Notes: generated by a model not told the origin, from the letters alone. Positions 1 to 8,182 are shown, counted from the stretch's first letter. The stretch: 15,731 bases of DNA from Candidatus Dadabacteria bacterium (GCA_040289575.1 PSLL01000046.1:1-15731), one strand, 5' to 3'. Made by a program: numbers and translations.

Positions 1-56
1 GGCTGTAGTATATAACATCCATGTGATTGTAAGAGGAGATGGAAAAATCAGATTCT

Positions 57-323
57 TTATTGCTTTTCTCTACTTACAAAAAATGAATGTTTGCAACGAA
101 GCAATTTCTCGTTGATATTCTCCGGGAAATGTAAAATTATTTCACGGTATCTCTTTGTATACTCGGAGAAGAAGTTTAATTTGATTTGTTCATTTTGAAT
201 CTTTAGTTGTTCTTTAAGTTGATTATATTGCCTATAGCTCCAATAAAATACCACGATTGTTGTTTCAAGAGTCAATATGCTAGTGATTATCGAACTTAAA
301 TCCAATGTCATATTCCATTTCAT
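57..323 (-). CDS. Hypothetical protein with N-terminal TM helix and coiled-coil; possibly C-terminally truncated
   Basis: 88-aa ORF starting 27 nt downstream of the protease gene. It has a hydrophobic stretch (IITSILTLETTIVVFYW) followed by the heptad-like QYNQLKEQLKIQNEQIK. The last ~16 codons run through a repeat-like sequence. Confidence 0.5.
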   Translation of the reverse strand: MKWNMTLDLSSIITSILTLETTIVVFYWSYRQYNQLKEQLKIQNEQIKLNFFSEYTKRYREIILHFPENINEKLLRCKHSFFVSREKQ

Positions 324-350
324 TCAACGCTCCGATTTTTAACCCAAATT

Positions 351-725
351 TTATTTGTTTAGCAAGACAGCAAGAACCATAGGCATTGGCTTCAGCTCCC
401 GCCTCAGGGGATCGAGAACCAAACCGAGGGCCTCAAGTGTGAAGGCACCTAAAAGGACGCTGTCCCCCTCCTCGCCGAATATGACATCTGCCCCGCCTAT
501 TCGATCTCCGTATTTAAAAAGGGCGATACCCTTCTTGCGTGTGATTTTAGTTCCATTTGCCAAACGGAATTCCTGCTCCACCAAGGGTTTGATGCCGAGT
601 CTTTCTAAAACCGGAGTCGGGACTACGGAGTAGATGGCTCCGGAGTCTATTAGAAACTCTAGTTTTTCCGTGACATCAGGCGTAGCAGGGTTTCCTATTT
701 CAATCTCTAAGACTGTCAGTCCCAT
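351..725 (-). CDS. Clan AA (retropepsin-like) aspartyl protease family protein
   Basis: Catalytic motif FLIDSGA, flap-like FRLANG, and C-terminal LLGAFTLEALGLVLDP; SD GAGGA upstream. Confidence 0.88.
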   Translation of the reverse strand: MGLTVLEIEIGNPATPDVTEKLEFLIDSGAIYSVVPTPVLERLGIKPLVEQEFRLANGTKITRKKGIALFKYGDRIGGADVIFGEEGDSVLLGAFTLEALGLVLDPLRRELKPMPMVLAVLLNK

Positions 726-916
726 AATGGTTTCCTCTCACAAAAGCCTTCAGATAACGTTTCCCCCATCTACTCGTATATGAATTCGTCTTGATTATTA
801 TCTCACCTAGAGCAAACCTTAGCAATAGACCATCTCTCTTAAAATTTTGGTGATAAGAAGGTTTATCTGTTATATTATGTATAAAATGATTAATCGAAGC
901 TGGGATTAAAGGAGAA

Positions 917-1441
917 ATGGCGATGAGAAAAACTGAGTTGACTCTTACGGTTCTGGTGTATTGCGTATTGCTATCTGTATTCATTATCTCTTGCGATACA
1001 AATATTACAAGGGACATAGGAGGGGTGAAAGGACCTGATGCAAAGATAAAGGAAACGACGGAAGTGGTGAAAGAAGAGCCTAAAGCAACATCTGGAGAAG
1101 GGATCTCAAAAGAAAAGACAGTTGCTGAAGCAAAAGGTGATCCGGTAAAGGGTAAAGCAATATTTATGGATAAGTGCTCGCCTTGTCATGGCCCCGAAGG
1201 CAAAGGAAATGGTCCTGCAGGGACATCACTTAATCCAAAACCGAGAAATCTAACCGACGCGAGTTATATGTCCACACTTAGTAATGAGCACCTATTTAAA
1301 GTTATAAGTGAGGGCGGCGCATCCGTTGGGAAATCCCCTCTTATGCCGGCTTGGGGGGGGACTCTATCAAAAGATGATATTTGGAATGTAATTGCACATA
1401 TAAGACAAGACCTTTGTAAATGTGATTATAAAGGAAAGTAA
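917..1441 (+). CDS. Monoheme c-type cytochrome, predicted lipoprotein
   Basis: Heme motif CSPCHG, GDPVKGKAIF N-terminal helix, PRNLT segment, distal Met ligand in PLMPAW, signal peptide ending in lipobox-like IISC; SD AAGGAG. Confidence 0.9.
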   Translation: MAMRKTELTLTVLVYCVLLSVFIISCDTNITRDIGGVKGPDAKIKETTEVVKEEPKATSGEGISKEKTVAEAKGDPVKGKAIFMDKCSPCHGPEGKGNGPAGTSLNPKPRNLTDASYMSTLSNEHLFKVISEGGASVGKSPLMPAWGGTLSKDDIWNVIAHIRQDLCKCDYKGK

Positions 1442-1900
1442 AAGCGGGGTGTTCCACCGAGCACATCACGCCTGTATAGGGGGTAATAATTGAAACTCGA
1501 TTATTTTGATGCTTCCCGTAAGAAGCTTGAATCCAAGAGTCAATTCGTTTAAAGGAGTTTTGGCCTTTCATGAAATTATAAATCTGTAATCGTCCCCTTC
1601 TCTTATTCTCAGGGGTCTTGATAAGCGAAGGGCGAGTAGTACCCATTTTCTCCGATACATACCATTGAAATCCATGATTGTGACAGCTTAAACGCTTGGA
1701 CTTTGCGGCTACTGCGGGGTATCTAGGGAGCAACGCATACGGGATGATTGTTGTTAAAAATCTAATTTGATGAGCCGTATAGACTCTCTTTTCATTATCT
1801 CAATGGTAACCCATTGCAACAATGGCTCTTAATAATACATAAGTAGCTGTATAATTTACGCACACCAAAAACTCGACTGAACAACAGGAGGAATAGGGTA

Positions 1901-2128
1901 ATGAGAAGGATCGTATTAACTATTTTAGTTTTATTCGTCTGTTTATCTATGTCCGTCTCATGTACAAGAAAAGCGGAAAAGAAGGAAAAGAAAAAGGGGG
2001 CAGGAGTAGGAGAAAAAGCAATAATCGGACCCATAGAAAAGGCAAAGGGGGTACAGGAGAAGTCCAAGGAAAGAGCGGATACAATGGAAAAACAAGCCGA
2101 CGAGGTTTCGGGAGAAACAAAGGAATGA
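1901..2128 (+). CDS. Small Lys/Glu-rich putative lipoprotein
   Basis: Strong SD AGGAGG; MRR, hydrophobic core, SVSC lipobox; charged helical tail. Confidence 0.75.
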   Translation: MRRIVLTILVLFVCLSMSVSCTRKAEKKEKKKGAGVGEKAIIGPIEKAKGVQEKSKERADTMEKQADEVSGETKE

Positions 2129-2188
2129 GTCAAGCGATAAGGTCTTTACCCCTAGTATAAATTTTTACTCAATTCAATCCAAAAGATT

Positions 2189-2217
2189 TTGAACATCTTA
2201 AGCCTTAATGTTAGAAT
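2189..2217 (+). promoter_or_regulatory. Sigma70-type promoter for tRNA-Ser/ffs/dnaX
   Basis: TTGAAC (2189-2194), 17-nt spacer, TAGAAT (2212-2217), with extended -10 TG. Confidence 0.65.
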
Positions 2218-2243
2218 CTTGTTGAGAAAAAATTTAATTTGCC

Positions 2244-2338
<95 letters not shown>

Positions 2339-2351
2339 GAAATAATTAACT

Positions 2352-2466
<115 letters not shown>

Positions 2467-2476
2467 AGGTGAATAG

Positions 2477-4153
2477 ATGTCCTCCTATCTTGTGCTTGCC
2501 AGAAAGTGGAGACCCAAAACGTTTGATGACCTTATAGGTCAGCCATATATTACGCAGGCACTCAAAAACGCCGTATCTACCGAAAAAATCGCACATGCCC
2601 TTATTCTCTCGGGCCCCAGAGGGGTTGGAAAGACAACCACCGCGAGGATTGTAGCCAAGTCCCTCAACTGCGAAAGGGGACCCACCCCTGAGCCGTGCTC
2701 CGTGTGCGTATTTTGCAAGGAGATATCCGATGGAAAATCGCTCGATGTAATAGAGATTGATGCCGCTTCGCATACCGGAGTAAGTGATGTAAGAGAAATT
2801 ATTGAAAACGTAAAGTACGTTCCTTCATCCGGAAAAACAAAGATTTACATAATTGATGAAGCGCACATGCTCTCTCAGGCGGCTTTTAATGCCCTTCTTA
2901 AAACCCTTGAAGAGCCTCCCCGGCGGGTGCTCTTTATACTCGCTACAACTGAAGCACACAAGATTCCCGTAACCATTCTCTCACGCTGTCAGAGATACGA
3001 CTTTAAGAAGGTCTCAACGGCAAAGATAAAGGAGAGAATCGAGTTTATTACCAATTCCGAAGGGATAAAAATCCCGGATGAGACCCTCTACCTTATAGCT
3101 CAAGAGGCTGACGGAAGCCTTCGCGATGCCCTTAGTATTCTCGATCAGCTCATTGCGACTTTTGGTATGGAGATTAAACATGAGGAGGCCTCAAGAATCC
3201 TTGGTATATCAGATAAGTCGCTTTTAAAGTCCACACTTGAGGCGATATTCAATAGAAATCCCAAAAGATGCATCGAGATAATAAATGAGGCGAGTGAAAA
3301 GGGGATGAGTCCCAAACGATTTTCAGAGGGTTTATTGAAAGTAATAAGGAATGCGCTCCTGATTAAAACCTGCGGGAGGGATATTGTCTCAGACCTCTCG
3401 GCTGAGGAAAAGAAGGAGATGGAGAGGATTTCTACAGACCAGAGTATTGAGTCTATTGAGATGATTTTCAAACTTATGATTGAAGGGGCAGATGAGATTC
3501 AAAGGTCCTTTTATCCTCGAATGGCGCTTGAAGCAACACTTGTGAAGCTTTCTACTATTCATACGGTAGTTCCGATTGATGAGATTCTCGCTAAGCTTGA
3601 GAAACTCTCCGAAGGAATCGGGGTCGGTGCATCACATTCGAAATATCAAGAAGGTGAAGTGCAGAGGAATTCTGAGGAAAAAAAAATGACATCCCATCTT
3701 GAAAAGGAGCCAACCTCTGGCTCCGGTTTTAATGATATTTCTACAACCTCAGAGGAAAGCCAATTGGGTTTTTCGGGTTTGGACTTAGGGGATTTTGTGA
3801 GATTTGTAAAGTCAAAAAAGCCTATTACAGCGATGCATCTGGAACAGGCAAGTAAAATCAGATTCGATAACGGAATATTAGAGATTGAATTTTTCTCCTC
3901 CTCAATTCATTCCGATTACCTCTCCCGTCAAGATGCTCAGGAAAACCTAAGGAAGCTTTCGAAGGAATTCTTTAAGCGGGATTTAAAGATTAGGGTCGAG
4001 GTGAAATCGTCATCTGCTGGAGAGATTGGCTATCAGTCTTTAAAAGAACGAATCGCAAAAGATAGGGAGGAAATACAAGAAGACCCAGTTGTGCAGGACG
4101 TTGTGAGGATTTTTGGAGGGAGAGTGGTTGAAGTAAAAAAATTAAAGAGTTAA
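2477..4153 (+). CDS. dnaX: DNA polymerase III subunit gamma/tau
   Basis: LARKWRP start, Walker A GPRGVGKT, Zn-binding Cys cluster, EIDAAS, DEAH, SRC motif; upstream of ybaB-recR. Confidence 0.98.
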   Translation: MSSYLVLARKWRPKTFDDLIGQPYITQALKNAVSTEKIAHALILSGPRGVGKTTTARIVAKSLNCERGPTPEPCSVCVFCKEISDGKSLDVIEIDAASHTGVSDVREIIENVKYVPSSGKTKIYIIDEAHMLSQAAFNALLKTLEEPPRRVLFILATTEAHKIPVTILSRCQRYDFKKVSTAKIKERIEFITNSEGIKIPDETLYLIAQEADGSLRDALSILDQLIATFGMEIKHEEASRILGISDKSLLKSTLEAIFNRNPKRCIEIINEASEKGMSPKRFSEGLLKVIRNALLIKTCGRDIVSDLSAEEKKEMERISTDQSIESIEMIFKLMIEGADEIQRSFYPRMALEATLVKLSTIHTVVPIDEILAKLEKLSEGIGVGASHSKYQEGEVQRNSEEKKMTSHLEKEPTSGSGFNDISTTSEESQLGFSGLDLGDFVRFVKSKKPITAMHLEQASKIRFDNGILEIEFFSSSIHSDYLSRQDAQENLRKLSKEFFKRDLKIRVEVKSSSAGEIGYQSLKERIAKDREEIQEDPVVQDVVRIFGGRVVEVKKLKS

Positions 4154-4164
4154 GGAGTGAGGCT

Positions 4165-4488
4165 ATGAAATTCGGGGGAAACATTCAGAGTATGTTGAAG
4201 CAGGCTGAAAAGATGAAAGAGCAGATTGAGAGGCTTCAGGCTGAGGCGGGGGAAAAGATTGTTGAAGCCTCGGCGGGCGGCGGGATGGTAACGGCAGTCG
4301 CAAAGGCAAAGGGCGAGGTGATTTCAATAAAGATTGAGCCTGAGGTAATAAGCGGAGGCGATATTGAGATGCTCCAGGATTTGGTCACGGCAGCGGTTAA
4401 TGAGGCGCTGATCAGAGGAAGAGAGATAATGAAAGAAGAGATCTCTAAAGCTGCCGCAGGATTTGGACTTCCTCCGGGGCTTATTTAG
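4165..4488 (+). CDS. ybaB: YbaB/EbfC family nucleoid-associated protein
   Basis: ASAGGGMV and DIEMLQDLVTAAVNEA motifs; lies between dnaX and recR; SD AAGGAG. Confidence 0.95.
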   Translation: MKFGGNIQSMLKQAEKMKEQIERLQAEAGEKIVEASAGGGMVTAVAKAKGEVISIKIEPEVISGGDIEMLQDLVTAAVNEALIRGREIMKEEISKAAAGFGLPPGLI

Positions 4489-4501
4489 GAAGGAGTAGGA
4501 A

Positions 4502-4636
4502 TTAGTCACGAATGAACACGAACAGAAGAATACAGTAGACAGTATATAGGGGAAAAACCTCAAGTTCCTCCATCCTGTATTCTATGTTCTTTATCCTGAA
4601 TTCTGCTTACTTCATTATGTGTAAATTTGTGGCTAA
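4502..4636. repeat. Nested imperfect inverted-repeat element between ybaB and recR
   Basis: Outer arms 4502-4519 and 4619-4636 are 14/18 complementary; inner arms AGAATACAG (4527-4535) and CTGTATTCT (4575-4583) are a perfect match. Confidence 0.65.
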
Positions 4637-4650
4637 ATAATCAATAAAAA

Positions 4651-5256
4651 ATGAGACGCACTGGTTTGCCGGAGCCGATTCTGAGGCTTATTGATGCATT
4701 CTCAAAGCTTCCGGGAATAGGGGAGAAGAGCGCGACAAGGCTCGCATTTCACATTCTCCGGGCTCCGGGAGATTACGCTGAGAGGCTTGCAAAATCAATA
4801 GTTGATACAAAAAATAGGGTCACCCTTTGTCCGATTTGCTATAGCTTTACATCGGAGAATCTATGCACTATATGCAAAGACGAAGAAAGGGATAAGGCCA
4901 CAATCTGTATTGTGGAAAAACCCGTTGATTTGATTGCAATCGAAAAAAGCGGGGAGTTTAACGGAAAATACCATGTTCTTCACGGCGTGATTTCTCCGAT
5001 TGAGGGAGTAGGTCCTGAAGATTTAAGGATAAAAGAACTCATTTCAAGACTGGGAGACGGGGATATAAAAGAGGTAATAATCGCTACAAATACAAGCGTG
5101 GAGGGTGAAGCTACGGCTCTATACCTTGCAAGACTCATAAAGCCATTTGGGATTGATGTAACCCGCATAGCACACGGAATCCCTGTCGGGGGCGATATAG
5201 AATATATAGATGAGATAACACTGGGCAAGGCGTTGAGGGACAGAAAAAGGATGTGA
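4651..5256 (+). CDS. recR: Recombination mediator RecR
   Basis: HhH LPGIGEKSA, C4 Zn finger CPIC..CTIC, Toprim region (YHVLHG, EVIIATN, EGEATA), GIPVGGDIEY. Confidence 0.98.
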   Translation: MRRTGLPEPILRLIDAFSKLPGIGEKSATRLAFHILRAPGDYAERLAKSIVDTKNRVTLCPICYSFTSENLCTICKDEERDKATICIVEKPVDLIAIEKSGEFNGKYHVLHGVISPIEGVGPEDLRIKELISRLGDGDIKEVIIATNTSVEGEATALYLARLIKPFGIDVTRIAHGIPVGGDIEYIDEITLGKALRDRKRM

Positions 5257-5286
5257 TTTATATAATTTCATAAAAAGAGGTGTGTT

Positions 5287-5739
5287 ATGATTCGTAAGGG
5301 AAAGGCTTTTAATGAACTCAAAATCGGAGATAGATTTAAAGAGAGCATCACAGTAAGTGAAGCCCATGTTGTAAAGGCGGCGGGGCTTTTTCGTGACTTT
5401 AACGCCCTTCACACGAATGAGCCGGGCATGAAAACATCCCGATTTGGGAGGAGAATCACCCACGGAGCACTTACATTTGGCCTGATGGTTGGGGTCTACA
5501 GCAACGTTTTTCATGACACGGATATATCAACAGTTGAGGCTTCTATAAAATTCATCGCGCCCGTTTATCCGGGAGACACAATCTCAATGGAGTGGGAGGT
5601 AAAGGGGCTTGACGCAAAGCCCAAACTCGATGGGGGATTGGTTTCACTCTCAGGAGAGATTAAAAACCAAAATAACGCGACTGTAGCGACAACCGAGGCA
5701 AAGCTTTTGGTTTCTAATAAAACCATTTTTGAGAGATAA
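5287..5739 (+). CDS. MaoC-like (hot-dog fold) dehydratase / (R)-enoyl-CoA hydratase family
   Basis: Catalytic D-x4-H (DFNALH), FGRRITHG, KFIAPVYPGDTI; SD GAGGTG. Confidence 0.9.
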   Translation: MIRKGKAFNELKIGDRFKESITVSEAHVVKAAGLFRDFNALHTNEPGMKTSRFGRRITHGALTFGLMVGVYSNVFHDTDISTVEASIKFIAPVYPGDTISMEWEVKGLDAKPKLDGGLVSLSGEIKNQNNATVATTEAKLLVSNKTIFER

Positions 5740-5924
5740 GTTCGACTAGGACTGCGGTGATAAAGTAGGTTGATAATTTTAGTAGGGGCGAATCCTTTTT
5801 ATGCCCCCCCTTTGGTTGTGAATCTATTTCAAGGGCCCGTCATCTTAATCTAATATGAGATTGTGAATTTGCTTGAAATTGAATTAATGGCTGCTTAAAA
5901 TATTAAATGGGGAGGAATATAGCT

Positions 5925-6626
5925 ATGAAAAAAATTGGTATTTCTCTGATAATCATTTTAACCATTATTCTGACAACTCCGGCTATAGGCTCTGCCAGAC
6001 CTTTTGGTGGTCGAGGAGGTTTTGGTGGAGGAGAATTTATGCGCGGGGCTCCTATGCATAGTTTTGGTATGGGTAATCGCGGCTTCGGTATGACTGGGTC
6101 TTTCCATAATTTTAGTATGGGTAGTCGTAGCTTTGGCATGGGCAATCGCAGTTTTGGTATGAGTAATCGTAGCTTTGGCATGGGAAGAACGTTTCATAAT
6201 TCCGGTATGGCGATGGGTAGCCGCAACTTTGTTATGGGAAGAGGGATGCCTATTAATAGAACAGTTAATATTCATAACAGTAATGCCTTTAGATCCACGT
6301 ATAACTTTAATAGTTTTAATAGATTAAGCGACGCCCGTAATTTCGATGTCGAGCGACGTGGGTTTAATGATCGGTTGGGATTTCGAGATGGGCACGAGTT
6401 CAGAGAGTTTGGACACCATCACTTTAGAGAGGAGTTTTTCGAGCACCGTCCATTCTTTAGGGATAGAGATATAGATATATTTGTAGCCTCATTTGGTTTC
6501 AGCCCGTTCTTTTTTACTCCGTTTGTGTTTCCGGTTGTGTTTGGTCCGATTATACCCTGTCCACTTGTGTTTGACCCATTCTTTTTTACCCCATTCTTTG
6601 CACTTAATTTTGGATTTGTAATTTAG
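5925..6626 (+). CDS. Exported or membrane-anchored low-complexity Gly/Met/Phe repeat protein of unknown function
   Basis: SD GGAGG at 5911-5915 favours the ATG at 5925 over 5907. MKK plus hydrophobic signal peptide. The repeats vary mainly at third codon positions, which supports coding. Confidence 0.75.
   Translation: MKKIGISLIIILTIILTTPAIGSARPFGGRGGFGGGEFMRGAPMHSFGMGNRGFGMTGSFHNFSMGSRSFGMGNRSFGMSNRSFGMGRTFHNSGMAMGSRNFVMGRGMPINRTVNIHNSNAFRSTYNFNSFNRLSDARNFDVERRGFNDRLGFRDGHEFREFGHHHFREEFFEHRPFFRDRDIDIFVASFGFSPFFFTPFVFPVVFGPIIPCPLVFDPFFFTPFFALNFGFVI
6060..6240 (+). repeat. Imperfect 21-nt tandem repeat encoding (S/G/N)FGMG(N/S)R
   Basis: Units start at 6060, 6081, 6108, 6129, 6150 and 6171 (e.g. 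AGTTTTGGTATGGGTAATCGC and AGCTTTGGCATGGGCAATCGC), with a degenerate continuation. Confidence 0.9.
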
Positions 6627-6747
6627 ATAATCTAGGGGCGGCTGAATATCCTTAAAGCGGACGACCTATCTTTTACTTTAGTCTCCTTTGTCGTTCCTTT
6701 GTGCAAAGGGCGATGGCCCCTTGTCAGTGGCTTTTCCCTGTTTTTAC

Positions 6748-6776
6748 TTGACAATCAACCTTCAATCCGTTACATT
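6748..6776 (+). promoter_or_regulatory. Sigma70-type promoter upstream of the dodecin gene (and perhaps etfBA)
   Basis: Perfect TTGACA (6748-6753), 17-nt spacer, TACATT (6771-6776). Confidence 0.65.
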
Positions 6777-6918
6777 GTGGTGTCTTTTACCCCGAATTAA
6801 AAATAAAAATATAGCAAAAGAGCCTGGTTTAGATGCTTTGTTATCTTTCCAAACTAGGTAATTCTGCCGAGTTGCAAAGGGCTTAGATTAAACTTAACCT
6901 AACTGGAGGAAGGGTGAT

Positions 6919-7128
6919 ATGGCTGTAGCAAGAGTAACTGAGGTGATTGGAGCGTCCAGCAAATCTTGGGATGACGCCGTCCAGAGTGCTCTAAAAAGGG
7001 CAAATAAGACCCTGCGCAATCTTACAGGTCTAGAGGTTGTTAAGATGAATGCGCATATAGAGAATGGAAGAATTACAGAATATAGAGCGCACGTTAAGAT
7101 TACCTTTATCCTAGAGGATACAAAGTAA
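6919..7128 (+). CDS. Dodecin family protein
   Basis: 69 aa; EVIGASSKSWDDAVQSAL..A.KTLRNL and EYRAHVKITF match the dodecin pattern; SD GGAGG. Confidence 0.9.
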   Translation: MAVARVTEVIGASSKSWDDAVQSALKRANKTLRNLTGLEVVKMNAHIENGRITEYRAHVKITFILEDTK

Positions 7129-7366
7129 TCTCAGGATTGTCGGAATCCTCGGTGGCTCTATAAATTATTGAGGGAGTTCAACCTCCATTGCGGCAACTGT
7201 TTTGGGGTTCAGGTTATTTGATCCTGAGGTAGGAATCGAGGGAGTAATACTGAACATGGAAAGGAAGAAGGGTTCTACTCCAGTGTAGGTCTAATTAGGT
7301 GTGGATTAGCCAGAGAATCATAAGTAATTTTGAAATACTATTAAGACTAATAGGAGGAAGAGTACG

Positions 7367-8182
7367 GTGAAGATTGTCGTCATTGTTAGGCAAACGCCGG
7401 ATACGGAGGCAAAAATTAAGGTTGCTTCAACCGGAAATTCTATTGATACAGAGGGGATAAAGTGGATTGTAAATCCCTATGATGAATTTGCAATTGAAGA
7501 GGCGATTAAAATCAAAGAGAATCTCAAAACAGGTGAGGTGATTCTCATTTCAATGGGGCCTGCAAGATGTGTTGAGGCTCTTCGCACTGGGCTTGCGATG
7601 GGTGCGGATAGAGCAGTGCACATAAAGGATGAGAGTTTCGCATTTACAGATCCTTATGCGAGTGCAAAGGTAATTGCTGCGGAGATTAAAAACCTGGGTG
7701 GATTCGATTTAATACTCACCGGGAAGAAGATGATCGATGAGGAAACGGGTCAAATTGGAATTCAGATAGCAGAGGAGCTAGAAATTCCACATGTCGCGAT
7801 AGTGACCAAGATGCAGTTATCCCCGGATGGGAAAAAGGTAACATGCCAGAGGGAAGTCGAGGGCGGGCAGGTTATAGTTGAGGTTCCGCTTCCGGCCCTT
7901 ATAACCTGCGAAAGGGGACTCAATGAACCGCGGTACGCATCGCTCCCCGGAATTATGAAGGCGAAGAAAAAAGAGGTAAAAGAGGTCACGCCCGATAAAA
8001 TTAACGTTGATGCGCTGGGTATTACCAAAGAATCGCTCGGTCAGGCTGGGGCACGATTTAAGATTACAAAGCTTGAGGTTCCACAGGTGCAGAGAAGACT
8101 CAAGATAATAAAGGAAGCCGAAACCCAGGAAGCGGCGCATGAGCTTGTAAAGCTCCTTAGAGAGGAAGCCAAAGTGATTTGA
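7367..8182 (+). CDS. etfB: Electron transfer flavoprotein subunit beta
   Basis: RQTPDT, NPYDEFAIEEA, LAMGADRA, NEPRYASLPGIMKAKKK; GTG start with SD AGGAGG. Confidence 0.96.
   Translation: MKIVVIVRQTPDTEAKIKVASTGNSIDTEGIKWIVNPYDEFAIEEAIKIKENLKTGEVILISMGPARCVEALRTGLAMGADRAVHIKDESFAFTDPYASAKVIAAEIKNLGGFDLILTGKKMIDEETGQIGIQIAEELEIPHVAIVTKMQLSPDGKKVTCQREVEGGQVIVEVPLPALITCERGLNEPRYASLPGIMKAKKKEVKEVTPDKINVDALGITKESLGQAGARFKITKLEVPQVQRRLKIIKEAETQEAAHELVKLLREEAKVI

Noticed and set aside
1341..1733. 130-aa minus-strand ORF
   Set aside because: TTG start, no SD, no recognisable motif, and ~100-nt overlap with the cytochrome c gene.
6060..6240. 21-nt repeats as a CRISPR array
   Set aside because: The repeats are contiguous with no unique spacers, vary at codon wobble positions, and no cas genes are present.
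7321..7329. TAAGTAATT upstream of etfB matching part of the 15591 palindrome
   Set aside because: Only a 9-nt AT-rich partial match with no second arm; expected by chance.
6783..7366. FMN or c-di-AMP riboswitch, or 6S RNA, around dodecin/etfB
   Set aside because: Only short chance matches (e.g. TTTTGGGG); the conserved consensus cores were not found.
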